DNA of 19,822 nt from a virus (Duplodnaviria; Heunggongvirae; Uroviricota; Caudoviricetes): IMG/VR virus record IMGVR_UViG_2778261065_000002, positions 1 through 19,822 of that record; one strand, 5' to 3'. The notes under the pieces are model-generated. The model saw nothing but the letters and a program-made list of their open reading frames with translations. It was not told the DNA's origin and searched no databases. Numbering within the stretch: position 1 is the stretch's first letter; each line of letters opens with the position of its first letter. Position numbers and translations under genes: made by a program. This document shows positions 7,835-17,644 of the stretch, piece by piece.

Positions 7835-8459
7835 CAGTATCACGGAAATTATTGAGGCGCTGGAACGCTACAGTAAAATCATCACCCCCTGGGCGACAAA
7901 GGTCGCGGAAAACTTTACTGCGGACCTAACCCGGCAGAACGAGAAAGTTTGGCGGCAACACAGCAAGAACATCAGTCGCGAGCTCCGCAATCTTGTGGAA
8001 AGCGCTCCTGTGGGCCAGGTGATGCAATCCATCATCGCCGAACAGGTCAAGTACATCAAATCGCTCCCCCTCGAGGCGGCTGACAGGGTGTACGACATCC
8101 AGAATCGGGCGACAGAAGCTGTTGTGACCGGCGGGAGAGCAGAACATTTTGCTAAAGAAATAGCCGCATCGGGTGATATAGCAAAGTCCAGAGTTGACCT
8201 GATTGCCCGTACTGAACTTGGACGTGCAACCGGCGCGCTGGATCAGGCGCGTGCGCTGTCAATTGGTTCGAATGGTTATATCTGGCGTACAGCCGAAGAT
8301 GGTGACGTCAGGCATTCTCATCGGGAAATGGAAGGTAAATTTGTCGAATGGGGCAAACCTCCAACGCTTGATGGCATGACCGGTCACGCTGGCGAGCTCC
8401 CGAATTGTCGCTGTTATAAAGAAATCGTTTTTCCCACCTCCCATTCTTACCCCGCCTGA
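7686..8459 (+). CDS. Head morphogenesis protein (Mu gpF / SPP1 gp7-like minor capsid protein)
   Basis: C-terminal region with IWRTAEDGDVRHSHREMEGKF...PNCRCY, the pattern I associate with F-like proteins; start ambiguous (ATG at 7686, 7695 or 7725), all overlapping the portal 3' end. Confidence 0.7.
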   Translation: MPKMKRRPASANLMTNRRNRQAEIRYRTSLRRIARAVGDIVNGHYDGSNDSITEIIEALERYSKIITPWATKVAENFTADLTRQNEKVWRQHSKNISRELRNLVESAPVGQVMQSIIAEQVKYIKSLPLEAADRVYDIQNRATEAVVTGGRAEHFAKEIAASGDIAKSRVDLIARTELGRATGALDQARALSIGSNGYIWRTAEDGDVRHSHREMEGKFVEWGKPPTLDGMTGHAGELPNCRCYKEIVFPTSHSYPA

Positions 8460-8473
8460 ATCGCAGGTAACAC

Positions 8474-9694
8474 ATGAAATATTTTTTCAATACCCGGCTG
8501 GGGGAAACCCGCTATCAGCTGGCTGACGGCTCGTTGCTGTGCAAAGACGTGCCGATAGGACGAACAGGTAAGCAGCTCTATGGTGCTGATGACCTGCCAA
8601 AACTGAAACCCGATAAGTTCGGTGAAATAGTCGTCACGCGTTCTCCTGAGCAGGTATTCCATCCGGCCACGCTTGCCTCATTCGAAGGGATGAGCATCAC
8701 GATTCTGCATCCTGAAGATGAAAACGGGAATGTGCGGCTGGTAAATCCCGAGAACTGGAAAGAGCTTGCTGTCGGGCACCTCCAGAATGTCCGGCGCGGG
8801 ACGGGTGAGCTGTCTGATTTGATGCTGGCTGACCTTATCGTCAAAGACGAAAGCGCCATTCAGCTTATCGAAGATGGCCTGCGCGAAGTGTCGTGCGGCT
8901 ATGACGCGGAGTATGAGCAGACCGAGCCAGGTAAAGCCGAGCAGGTCGATATTACCGGAAACCATGTGGCTCTTGTCCCTAAAGGCAGAGCCGGAAATCG
9001 TTGTGCAATTGGAGACAGAGACACAATGGCAAATCAAAAGAAAAGCTGGTGGACCCGCATGCGCACGGCCATCAAAACGGGTGACGCTGACACCATGAAC
9101 GAACTGGTGGAGTCGGCTCCCGCATCGGTTACAGGAGATGAGGGGGATTTGCCGCAGGGCGTTAATCTCAACATCAACCTGTCCCCGCAGCAACCGCTAC
9201 CGGACAAAGCACCAGAGATGGGCGGAGGTCCAACCGGCGACAGTGATGATGACCTCAAAACATTACTGAAAGCCCTGCTGGCTAAGCTGGAAGGAAATGC
9301 GACGGGCGATAACGACAATAAGCCTGACGATAATCCGACCGGTGACGGCGAGGACGATGAAGAGGAAACCACGATTACTGGTGACTCAGCCTGGCGTGCC
9401 GAAGTTATCGTTCCGGGTATCGATCTGAGCCGTAAGATGAAACCGACCGCGTTCAAACGCGAGGTTCTGGCTTCTGCTGACAAAACGCTGGTTCGCCAGA
9501 TAGTCGGCGATGCGGATATCCGCAAATTACCGAAACAATCGGTCGACATGGCGTTTAATGCCGTGTCTGAGATTGCCAAAGGGCGAAACACCCGCGCCAC
9601 CACCGGCGATGCACAGCGCCTAAACATGGGCATGACCAGTATCGCTTCCCTGAACAAACAAAACGCTGAATTCTGGGCAAACCGTAAAGGGTAA
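8474..9694 (+). CDS. Putative scaffolding / prohead-core protein (possibly protease-scaffold)
   Basis: 406 aa with a central acidic low-complexity stretch (GDSDDD...DGEDDEEE) typical of scaffolds; lies between F-like gene and capsid genes. Confidence 0.45.
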   Translation: MKYFFNTRLGETRYQLADGSLLCKDVPIGRTGKQLYGADDLPKLKPDKFGEIVVTRSPEQVFHPATLASFEGMSITILHPEDENGNVRLVNPENWKELAVGHLQNVRRGTGELSDLMLADLIVKDESAIQLIEDGLREVSCGYDAEYEQTEPGKAEQVDITGNHVALVPKGRAGNRCAIGDRDTMANQKKSWWTRMRTAIKTGDADTMNELVESAPASVTGDEGDLPQGVNLNINLSPQQPLPDKAPEMGGGPTGDSDDDLKTLLKALLAKLEGNATGDNDNKPDDNPTGDGEDDEEETTITGDSAWRAEVIVPGIDLSRKMKPTAFKREVLASADKTLVRQIVGDADIRKLPKQSVDMAFNAVSEIAKGRNTRATTGDAQRLNMGMTSIASLNKQNAEFWANRKG

Positions 9695-9697
9695 AAA

Positions 9698-10204
9698 ATG
9701 AATAATGTATTTCTGTACCGGATGCCTGTTGGCATTGCCGGGGCTGTCTCTCGCCCGCAGGACTTAACCGTCGAACCGGTGGTCCTTAAATCCGATAACG
9801 CCTTCGCTGCCTATGGGCTGGCTGGTAAATACGATGATGACGGTTTTTTCGTGCCGCTGGCAGATGGTGATACCGCAGACAAGGTGAAGGGGATCTACGT
9901 GCGCCCTTATCCGACCACGTCGCAGCCGGACATGGTTCGCCAGGTGGGAACAGGCAAGAACTTCCCGGGCGACGCCATGAAGCGTGGCTACGTGACCGTT
10001 AATCTCGGTTCTGATTTTGATGCCAGCACTATCAAAAAAGGCGACCCGGTATACGTTGTCGTCTCCACTGATGAATCCATCAAAGTGCCGCTGGGTGGAT
10101 TCATGTCCACGTCAGTCAGTGGCAAAAATGTGGTGCTGACCAACGCTGAATTCACAGGTGCCGGTGATGCTAACGGCAATGCAGAAATTTCCTGGAAGAT
10201 TTAA
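9698..10204 (+). CDS. Putative head decoration / cement protein
   Basis: 168 aa, Gly/Val-rich and beta-rich looking; immediately upstream of the major capsid gene. Confidence 0.4.
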   Translation: MNNVFLYRMPVGIAGAVSRPQDLTVEPVVLKSDNAFAAYGLAGKYDDDGFFVPLADGDTADKVKGIYVRPYPTTSQPDMVRQVGTGKNFPGDAMKRGYVTVNLGSDFDASTIKKGDPVYVVVSTDESIKVPLGGFMSTSVSGKNVVLTNAEFTGAGDANGNAEISWKI

Positions 10205-10215
10205 GGAACAGACGA

Positions 10216-11157
10216 ATGATTACTTTTGATCAGGCAACCGTTGACAGCTCTGGTGCCTTTCTCATCGGGGAGCTGGAGCGACTCGACCAGACGCTGAACC
10301 TGCCACTGGTGGGGTACACCTGGACCCGCGATATTCAGTTGCGTGAAGATGTCTCTATCGCAGATGACATTTCCAGCTGGACGAATACCAGCTTCGCCGC
10401 TGCGGGTACTGGTGCAAATCCGAATGGCAAAAACTGGGTAGGCAAAGACTCAACCGCTATTGCTGGCGTGAACGTGGATACCGGCAAATCCGGTAACCCG
10501 CTGAACCTGTGGGGGATGGAACTTGGCTGGACGGTCATAGAATTGCAGGCTGCTCAGCAGGTCGGCCGCCCGATTGATACGCAGAAGTATGACGGGATGC
10601 AACTGAAATGGCAGATGGATAACGATGAACAGGTATATGTTGGCGATTCCGCATTAAACCTGAAAGGCCTTGTTACCCTGGACGGCGTGCCTGTCAACAA
10701 CGCTGCCAAAACGTGGGCAACCTCAACACCGGACGAAATCCGCGCAAGCATTAACCAGGTGCTGTCTGATGCGTGGGCCGCTTCTGGTTACTCTGTGGTC
10801 CCGCGTGATTTGCTGATCCCGCCTGAACAGTTTGCTCTGTTGTCCAGCATCATCGTTTCATCTGCGGGTAACCAGTCCCTGTTGACGTACCTTCAGACCA
10901 ACACCATCAGCTATCACCAGAACGGTGTTCCGCTGAATATCCGCGCGGTTAAATGGCTGAAAGGCCGTGGTGTGGGGAATAAGGATCGCATGGTTGCGTA
11001 CACCAACGATAAAAAATACGTCCGCTACCCGCTGGTTCCGCTTCAGAGCGTGCCGGTGCAGTATCGCGGCCTGTATCAGATCGTCACTTACTACGGCAAG
11101 CTGGGTGCAGTCGAGCCAGTGTATAAAGAAACTCTGTCCTATGTGGACGGTATCTGA
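10216..11157 (+). CDS. Major capsid protein
   Basis: 313 aa; position after scaffold and decoration genes, followed by a strong stem-loop; composition typical of a major capsid protein. Confidence 0.6.
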   Translation: MITFDQATVDSSGAFLIGELERLDQTLNLPLVGYTWTRDIQLREDVSIADDISSWTNTSFAAAGTGANPNGKNWVGKDSTAIAGVNVDTGKSGNPLNLWGMELGWTVIELQAAQQVGRPIDTQKYDGMQLKWQMDNDEQVYVGDSALNLKGLVTLDGVPVNNAAKTWATSTPDEIRASINQVLSDAWAASGYSVVPRDLLIPPEQFALLSSIIVSSAGNQSLLTYLQTNTISYHQNGVPLNIRAVKWLKGRGVGNKDRMVAYTNDKKYVRYPLVPLQSVPVQYRGLYQIVTYYGKLGAVEPVYKETLSYVDGI

Positions 11158-11167
11158 TAACCAGAAT

Positions 11168-11183
11168 GGCCCCGAAAGGGGCC
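11168..11183 (+). promoter_or_regulatory. Perfect GC hairpin with GNRA tetraloop just downstream of the capsid gene (RNA stability / attenuation element)
   Basis: GGCCCC-GAAA-GGGGCC: 6-bp all-GC stem with GAAA loop, 11 nt after the capsid stop; no U-tract follows, so not a classical intrinsic terminator. Confidence 0.45.
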
Positions 11184-11197
11184 TGAAGGAAACTGAA

Positions 11198-11566
11198 ATG
11201 GCGAAAGAAAAGCTGGTTACCATCCATGTTCACACCCCGTTTACGCTGACGCTCGGCGATCAGTCAAAACAGGAGTTTGGCCGGGGACGGCATAACGTAC
11301 CGGAAGAGGTCGCGTCGCACTGGTTCACCCAGGCGCACTCTGAGCTTTCCGAAAGCGTGATTAGCGACACCGATGATCTGCAACCCATTATCGACGGCCT
11401 GCAAGCGCAGATTGCCGACAAAGATAAGCTGATTGCCGATCTGAAAGATGCATTGCTCAAACTGCAGGAGCAGAACGACAGCCTGCAGGCGCAGATTACT
11501 GCCGCCCGGACTGGCGGTAATGGGGCTAAAGATGTCAAAGAATCAAAGTCTGCCAGCGGTAAGTGA
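11198..11566 (+). CDS. Hypothetical protein with coiled-coil C-terminus
   Basis: ATG at 11198 with AAGGAA RBS (the ORF-track start at 10967 overlaps the capsid gene and is rejected); heptad-like [27 protein letters not shown]. Confidence 0.5.
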   Translation: MAKEKLVTIHVHTPFTLTLGDQSKQEFGRGRHNVPEEVASHWFTQAHSELSESVISDTDDLQPIIDGLQAQIADKDKLIADLKDALLKLQEQNDSLQAQITAARTGGNGAKDVKESKSASGK

Positions 11567-11939
11567 TTTTCGCCGCGACTTCCCGCAATTTGCTGACCCG
11601 GCAAAATATCCCGACGCCCAAATTGGGTTCCGTCTGAATCTGGCCGATGAACTGCTGAGCGAAAATGTCACCGGCAAAAAGTTGTTTCCGTACTTTGCCG
11701 GGTTGTTCGTTGCTCACTACATGACGCTCTGGGCGGCTGACAGCAGAGCGATGCTGGCTGGTGGTCCGGGCGGTTCAACCAATGGTGTTCAGTCCTCAAA
11801 GTCCGTGGATAAGGTAAGCGTCAGCTATGACACCAGCGCGACGCTGAATCCTGATGCAGGTTTCTGGAATAACACCCGATATGGCGCTGAATTTTATCAG
11901 TTGATCACGATGTTCGGTGCAGGTGGTCGCCAGCTATGA
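11532..11939 (+). CDS. Putative head-tail connector / adaptor protein
   Basis: ATG at 11532 ([20 protein letters not shown]...), overlapping the upstream gene by 35 nt; position in the connector block. Confidence 0.4.
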   Translation: MSKNQSLPAVSDFRRDFPQFADPAKYPDAQIGFRLNLADELLSENVTGKKLFPYFAGLFVAHYMTLWAADSRAMLAGGPGGSTNGVQSSKSVDKVSVSYDTSATLNPDAGFWNNTRYGAEFYQLITMFGAGGRQL

Positions 11940-12490
11940 GTTTCAAAAGCGGTGTAACAACGAGGGTGGATAACGCTAAGGCCATTCTGGATGCGCTCAG
12001 GTCGTTAACCAAAAAAGATGTGCTGGTCGGCATCCCTTCGGAAGACAGCGAGCGGGATGATGTTCCGTTTGGTAATGCGGGCATCGGTTACCTCAACGAA
12101 TACGGCTCACCAGAGCAGAACATCCCGCCACGACCTCACCTGGTCCCCGGCGTTAAATCGGCAGAAGAGCAGACGGTGCCGCAGCTCAAAGCCGCGGCGC
12201 AGGCTGCACTTGATGGTAATGCTGCGGGAGCAGAACGCGCACTCAACCGTGCCGGAACGCTGGCCGCTAATGGCGTCAGGCGTTACATGACCATTACCGG
12301 CTTTACGCCGCTTGCTGACAGTACTGTTGAAGCCCGGGCTCGTCGGGGGCGCAAGGGGGCAACAATGGAACTTGCCCGGCGTGCTGCTGGCGAATCTCCG
12401 GGAACCGAACTGGCGAAACCATTAATTGACACCGGGCAATATCGCAGAGCTATTACCCATGTTGTGAGGGATAAAAATGCCGACTCTTGA
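11936..12490 (+). CDS. Putative head-tail joining / virion morphogenesis protein
   Basis: ATG overlaps the preceding stop (ATGA); 184 aa; position in the connector block. Confidence 0.4.
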   Translation: MSFKSGVTTRVDNAKAILDALRSLTKKDVLVGIPSEDSERDDVPFGNAGIGYLNEYGSPEQNIPPRPHLVPGVKSAEEQTVPQLKAAAQAALDGNAAGAERALNRAGTLAANGVRRYMTITGFTPLADSTVEARARRGRKGATMELARRAAGESPGTELAKPLIDTGQYRRAITHVVRDKNADS

Positions 12491-12866
12491 TGTAACAGAT
12501 GTGCTTTTTGACCCCGATTTTTGCGACTTCAATTTGTGGGTAACACGCCGTGTGCAAACGGTGGATGAGGACGGGATCGGCAGCGACAGCGAAGTTAAAA
12601 AGCAGTTTGCCGGAGTCGTTACTGTTGATCGCTCTCTGGAAAACCGTCGTATGCAGGCCGGGCAGGTAATCAGTGGTGCAATTCTGATTGTGACGACTGA
12701 GCGACTGACACAGGGACAGACTGGCCGTGATGCCGATATCGTGACGTATCAGGGCCGTGATTATCGTGTGACCTTCGTCGACCCGTATACAGCTTATGGG
12801 GCCGGATTCGTTCAGGCGCATTGTGAGTTGATGCCGTTTGATGGGGGAACTCCGGTTGAGCAATAA
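12477..12866 (+). CDS. Putative head closure / neck protein
   Basis: 129 aa, 14-nt overlap with the upstream gene; position only. Confidence 0.4.
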   Translation: MPTLDVTDVLFDPDFCDFNLWVTRRVQTVDEDGIGSDSEVKKQFAGVVTVDRSLENRRMQAGQVISGAILIVTTERLTQGQTGRDADIVTYQGRDYRVTFVDPYTAYGAGFVQAHCELMPFDGGTPVEQ

Positions 12867-13404
12867 CACCAGTACAGAGCGCGGATGGTTAATACCAACC
12901 AGTGGCGATCCGGATTATGACGAAGCGCTCGACAGGCTGTTAAGCCAGTGGATGCGTAACGTTTCCGGTCTGTCTGCCGGGATGGTTCGCCCGCGCTGGC
13001 AGAAAGAGCAGCCGCCACTGCTACCGGTTGAAACGAACTGGTGTGCGTTTGGGGTTATCGGATGGTCAGGTGATGACAGTCCGGCATTCACCAGACAGAC
13101 CGATGATGGCTCTCAGCTCTGGCGGCATGAAACGATTGAGTGTATGGCTTCGTTTTATGGACCGGCGGGGATGGTGTATGCGTCCCGGTTTCGTGACGGT
13201 ATATCTGTGCCGCAGAACAATGCAGCACTGAATGCGCTGGGGCTGTCTCTTGGCGATTACACAGGTCTGACTCCCTTCCCTGAACTTATTAATCAGCAAT
13301 GGGTCCGCCGCTACGATATGACGGTGCGCCTGCGCCGGAAGGTTGTGCGTGAGTACGGTATTAAATCGCTGGTGGAAGCACCAGTCATCTTTTTCGGAGA
13401 TTAA
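12841..13404 (+). CDS. Putative tail completion / neck protein
   Basis: ATG at 12841 (ORF-track start at 12838 is TTG); 187 aa immediately upstream of the sheath gene. Confidence 0.4.
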   Translation: MGELRLSNNTSTERGWLIPTSGDPDYDEALDRLLSQWMRNVSGLSAGMVRPRWQKEQPPLLPVETNWCAFGVIGWSGDDSPAFTRQTDDGSQLWRHETIECMASFYGPAGMVYASRFRDGISVPQNNAALNALGLSLGDYTGLTPFPELINQQWVRRYDMTVRLRRKVVREYGIKSLVEAPVIFFGD

Positions 13405-13407
13405 GCT

Positions 13408-14553
13408 ATGGCACAGGGCTTGCCTGTATCAAACGTTGTTAATGTTGATGTGATCATGTCGCCGCGTGCAGCATCAGGGCGAAATTTTGGTGCATTACTC
13501 ATTCTCGGCCCGTCCACAATCATTCCGGTAAGTGAGCGCATTCGCCGTTATTCTGCCGCGGAAGATATTGGAAAAGATTTTGGCGTGGAATCACCAGAAT
13601 ATAAGGCTGCGCAGGTGTTTTTCTCTCAATCACCGAAACCTCAGGAGGTTTTTGTTGGTCGTTGGGTGAAAACGAAGGGAGACAGCGAACAGGCCACGCC
13701 TGAGACGCTGGAGCAGGCTGTGAATGCCATGCTTGATTATACTTCATGGTATGGGCTGGGGATTGCAGACGATGAAGATATTCCGGATGCAGACTGGCTG
13801 AAAGTGGCTGCGGCGATCGAATCCTCTTCTGTAAGCCGTATTCTGGCGATTACGACAAGCGATGAGAAATGCCTGCAGACTGCATCCAGCGATGATTTGG
13901 CATCAAAACTGAAAGCCGCCGGATATTCACGCAGTTTTATTCAGTATTCATCGGGTAATAAATACGCTGCGTTATCTGCATTTGGCCGGGCATTCACGGT
14001 TAATTTCAATGGCAGTAATACCGCGATTACGCTCAAGTTTAAGCAGGAGCCGGGTGTCGGGTATGAAACACTGACAGTCAGCCAGGCATCGGCACTTGAT
14101 GCAAAAAACTGCAATGTGTTCGTGTACTACCAGAATGATACAGCTATCCTCCAGCAGGGAGTGATGGCTAACGGCGATTTCTTTGATGAACGCCACGGCC
14201 TGGACTGGTTACAGAATTATGTGCAGACCAACCTCTATAACCTGCTTTATACCAGCACCACGAAAGTTCCCCAGACTGAAGCCGGTATTACCCGACTGTT
14301 ATCAAATGTTGAAAAATCACTGGATCAAGCCGTTCAGAATGGACTGATTGCTCCGGGCGTATGGAACGGGGGCGACCTTGGTCAGTTGTCATCAGGTGAC
14401 ACACTGCCCAAAGGTTATTACGTATACGCTCAGCCGCTGGATGAACAGGCTCAATCAGAACGTGAAGCCCGTAAGGCTCCGGTGATTCAGGCTGCAATAA
14501 AACTTGCAGGCGCGGTTCATTACGCTGACGTACAGATTAACGTTGTTCGCTAA
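13408..14553 (+). CDS. Putative tail sheath protein (contractile tail)
   Basis: 381 aa, followed by a 146-aa tube-like protein, chaperone and tape measure: canonical sheath position. Confidence 0.5.
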   Translation: MAQGLPVSNVVNVDVIMSPRAASGRNFGALLILGPSTIIPVSERIRRYSAAEDIGKDFGVESPEYKAAQVFFSQSPKPQEVFVGRWVKTKGDSEQATPETLEQAVNAMLDYTSWYGLGIADDEDIPDADWLKVAAAIESSSVSRILAITTSDEKCLQTASSDDLASKLKAAGYSRSFIQYSSGNKYAALSAFGRAFTVNFNGSNTAITLKFKQEPGVGYETLTVSQASALDAKNCNVFVYYQNDTAILQQGVMANGDFFDERHGLDWLQNYVQTNLYNLLYTSTTKVPQTEAGITRLLSNVEKSLDQAVQNGLIAPGVWNGGDLGQLSSGDTLPKGYYVYAQPLDEQAQSEREARKAPVIQAAIKLAGAVHYADVQINVVR

Positions 14554-14563
14554 GGGGAAGTGA

Positions 14564-15004
14564 ATGTCTACCTATTCTTTTATGGATGTCACTGCGACGC
14601 TGACCGGGCCGACCGGTTCGATTGACCTCGGGTACGGTTCTGCAAGTTCTGAAGAGGGGATTGTGGTTGCGATGGGCGGTCCTAAAAACACCATGACCAT
14701 CGGTGCTGATGGCGAAGTGATGCACAGTCTCCATGCAGATAAAAGCGGGACGATTACCGTTAACCTTCTGAAGACATCACCGACAAATAAAAAATTGTCG
14801 CTGGCGTATAACGCACAGAGCCAGTCTTCTGCCACATGGGGGAATAACGTTATTGTGATCCGCAACAAGGTCAGCGGCGACATCATCACGGCACGTAGTG
14901 TTGCGTTCCAGAAACAACCGGATAATGCCAACGCTAAAACCGGTAATACGATGCCGTGGGTGTTTGACTGCGGCAAGATTGACCAGGTTCTCGGGGAGTT
15001 TTAA
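14564..15004 (+). CDS. Putative tail tube protein
   Basis: 146 aa, between sheath and tail assembly chaperone. Confidence 0.5.
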   Translation: MSTYSFMDVTATLTGPTGSIDLGYGSASSEEGIVVAMGGPKNTMTIGADGEVMHSLHADKSGTITVNLLKTSPTNKKLSLAYNAQSQSSATWGNNVIVIRNKVSGDIITARSVAFQKQPDNANAKTGNTMPWVFDCGKIDQVLGEF

Positions 15005-15007
15005 TAC

Positions 15008-15460
15008 ATGGAATTCGAAATCAAAGGCGTGAAATATCGCGCGGCAAAACTCAGCGTTTTTGACCAGCTGAAAGTGACCCGCAAACTTCTTCCGGTACTG
15101 GCGGGGATGATGTCAGATTTCGGGAGCATTCGCTCCCGTTTGCCTGCTGATGGCAAAATCGACACCGTGAAATTCGAGCAGTTAAAACCGGTGTTTGAAA
15201 CCATGCTCCCGCGTATCGCTGAGGAACTGTCTTCCCTGACCGAAGATGACACCGATGCGATTATTCATCCCTGTCTTGCGGTGGTATCGCGGCGTCATAT
15301 GGACGGATGGGTGCCGGTATTTACCCGGGGCGAACTGATGTTTGATGATATTGACCTGCTGGTCATGCTGCAGCTGGTGGCGCGGGTGGTCGCCGATTCG
15401 CTGGGAAATTTTTTGCCTACACCCCTTACCAGCACGACGCAGAGCCTGCAACAGGGCTGA
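15008..15460 (+). CDS. Tail assembly chaperone (short, in-frame product)
   Basis: 150 aa directly upstream of the tape measure gene; contains the slippery run AAATTTTTTG near its 3' end. Confidence 0.6.
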   Translation: MEFEIKGVKYRAAKLSVFDQLKVTRKLLPVLAGMMSDFGSIRSRLPADGKIDTVKFEQLKPVFETMLPRIAEELSSLTEDDTDAIIHPCLAVVSRRHMDGWVPVFTRGELMFDDIDLLVMLQLVARVVADSLGNFLPTPLTSTTQSLQQG

Positions 15461-15648
15461 CGTTTAACAGCCTGCCGGACGGGCTGTCCTACCTTCTCAA
15501 TCCGGTTGACGCCGGGTTAATTCCTTATACAGCACTTAAAGATGGCTCTGTCGATTTGTACGACATTGCTCTCTTGAATGACCATCTGGCGGTAAAAGCG
15601 GATAACCAGCGGCGCATTGAGAAATGGAGAGAGGATAATGAACGCTGA
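15008..15648 (+). CDS. Tail assembly chaperone, -1 frameshifted long product (G-T-like fusion)
   Basis: The -1 frame is open without an ATG from the slippery site A_AAT_TTT_TTG (15406-15415) to the TGA at 15646-15648, filling the otherwise noncoding 177-bp gap before the tape measure start. Confidence 0.5.
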
Positions 15649-17644
15649 AACTATTAAAGATTTCCTCGTCTCGCTTGGCTTCAGTGTGGATGATGCAGGA
15701 GCGAAAAAGTTCGGTTCTGTCCTCGCCGGTACAACTGCAAATGTCATCAAAATGGGGCTGGCTGTTGAAGGGGCTGCGCTGTCCGTGGTGGCCTTCACGG
15801 CTAAGATCGCCTCCGGTCTGGATAATCTTTACTGGGCGTCACAGCGCACCGGCGCGACGGTCCAGGGAATTCAGTCTATTGGCTATGCGGTTTCGCAGGT
15901 TGGCGGCAGTGTGGACGCTGCGCGATCTTCTCTGGAAAGCCTCTCCCGGTTTATTCGTAACAATCCCGGAGCAGAAGGCTTTCTGAATCGCCTGGGCGTA
16001 CAGACCCGTGATGCCAGCGGTAACATGCGTGACATGGCTGCTATCTTTACGGGCGTTGGACAGAAACTCAGCAGCATGCCGTATTACCGGGCTAACCAGT
16101 ATGCGCAGATGCTGGGCATTGACGAAAATACCCTGATGGCTATGCGTCGCGGAGTGGGGCAGTTCAGCGCTCAGTATTCAGAAATGGTGAAAGCGATCGG
16201 ATTTAATGCCGATCAGGCTGCCTTATCGTCAAACCGGTTTATGACCTCGCTGAAATCGCTCGGTGAAATGGCCGGGATGGCGCGGGACAAAATCGGATCG
16301 AATCTTGCGGACGGACTGGCGGGGCAGATTGATAACCTGCGCAAAAAGATAATTGAAAATTTTCCCAAAATTGAAGTCACCATCACAAAGGTCATAAAAG
16401 GGATCCTCTGGCTGGGTGAGATAGTCGGGCGGGTAGCATTTCGGATAGTCGATGGTGTCGGAGATATCATCGAGTGGTGGGGGAAACTGGATGCCGAAAC
16501 GAAAACCCTGATAGAGGTTATCGGCGGCCTGGTTGTCGCCATGCGGATACTTAACTCTACTTTCTGGATGTCACCTATAGGGCTGATTACTGGTCTGATC
16601 GTGGCTCTCGGTCTCTTGTGGGAAGACTACAAAACATGGAAAGAAGGCGGTAACAGCCTTATCGACTGGGAAAAATGGCAACCGGCAATAGATAAAGCGA
16701 AGGATGCGATCACCTGGTTCCGCGACAAATTACTCGAGCTGAAAGACAGCGTGGGGGGATGGCAAAAATCATTGGAAATCCTCGGTACATTCATCGCGGG
16801 TGTCTGGATATCCAAGGTTCTGGGGGCTTTCGGAAAAATATCAGGTTTGCCGATCCCACCCTGGCTTAAATTGTGGGCGCTTTACGCGGGTTATATTGTT
16901 AGTGACAGAGAAAATATTGCCGATAGCGCAAAATCTTCACTGAGGTATACGAAGCGAATTATCGGCGACACGCTGGCTGCTATTGGTATAAAAACAGATA
17001 TCGGACGCAGGGATGTCAGTGAGGTCCGTGAATGGCCTGCGTGGATGGACTGGTTGCACGGGGGACCCGGTAAAGTTATCCGGCAGGGACAGAGTAACGG
17101 TGTAGTGCATGGCTCCAATGTCCAGCCCGACATCCCCGGCGGCGGCACTCTTGCTGATCGCAACAATAACCCCGGGAACATTCGCCCGGTGAGCGGTAAA
17201 GGGTTCCGTTTTTTCGAATCAGCGCTTGAGGGCTGGGAGGCGATGAAAAACCAGCTCATGCGTTACTTTACCGGGAAAACAACCGGACGGGCATTACAGA
17301 CTATTCAGGATATTGTCAGTACCTGGGCCCCGGCAGGTGATAACAACGATCCGAAAAAGTATGCACAGGATGTTGCGAAATGGATGGGAGTATCACCGAA
17401 TGCAATATTGAATCTTACAGATCCCCGGACTATGGGAGCATTGATGCAGTCGATGGCGCGCAAAGAAGGTTATTCAAACTGGAACAGCCCGCTGGCGTAT
17501 AAGGTCGCCGCTGGCAGCCTTAACCAGCAGACTGTTATAAATGTTCATGGAGTTAACAACCCTCAGGAGGCGGCTAATCTGATCGCTGACAAGCAGGGGG
17601 CTGTAAATGCCAGGGCGGTACAGCAATTGAAAGGACCTGCGTAA
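15638..17644 (+). CDS. Tail tape measure protein
   Basis: ATG at 15638 with GAGAGG RBS (ORF-track start at 15617 is TTG); 668 aa, Ala/Gly-rich helical N-terminal part, central hydrophobic segments, C-terminal globular region. Confidence 0.8.
   Translation: MNAETIKDFLVSLGFSVDDAGAKKFGSVLAGTTANVIKMGLAVEGAALSVVAFTAKIASGLDNLYWASQRTGATVQGIQSIGYAVSQVGGSVDAARSSLESLSRFIRNNPGAEGFLNRLGVQTRDASGNMRDMAAIFTGVGQKLSSMPYYRANQYAQMLGIDENTLMAMRRGVGQFSAQYSEMVKAIGFNADQAALSSNRFMTSLKSLGEMAGMARDKIGSNLADGLAGQIDNLRKKIIENFPKIEVTITKVIKGILWLGEIVGRVAFRIVDGVGDIIEWWGKLDAETKTLIEVIGGLVVAMRILNSTFWMSPIGLITGLIVALGLLWEDYKTWKEGGNSLIDWEKWQPAIDKAKDAITWFRDKLLELKDSVGGWQKSLEILGTFIAGVWISKVLGAFGKISGLPIPPWLKLWALYAGYIVSDRENIADSAKSSLRYTKRIIGDTLAAIGIKTDIGRRDVSEVREWPAWMDWLHGGPGKVIRQGQSNGVVHGSNVQPDIPGGGTLADRNNNPGNIRPVSGKGFRFFESALEGWEAMKNQLMRYFTGKTTGRALQTIQDIVSTWAPAGDNNDPKKYAQDVAKWMGVSPNAILNLTDPRTMGALMQSMARKEGYSNWNSPLAYKVAAGSLNQQTVINVHGVNNPQEAANLIADKQGAVNARAVQQLKGPA

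Noticed and set aside
9034-9735. 233-aa minus-strand ORF, Ser-rich
   Set aside because: Antisense shadow of the acidic low-complexity region of the scaffold-like gene on the + strand; no RBS and compositionally implausible.
10967-11197. Long 199-aa version of the post-capsid ORF
   Set aside because: Would overlap the 3' end of the major capsid gene by about 190 nt in another frame; the ATG at 11198 with AAGGAA RBS is the credible start.
14572-14976. 134-aa minus-strand ORF inside the tail tube gene
   Set aside because: Fully antisense to a tightly packed, well-supported + strand gene; typical mirror ORF.
16213-17259. Minus-strand ORFs (109 aa and 122 aa) inside the tape measure gene
   Set aside because: Antisense to the tape measure coding sequence; no independent signals.
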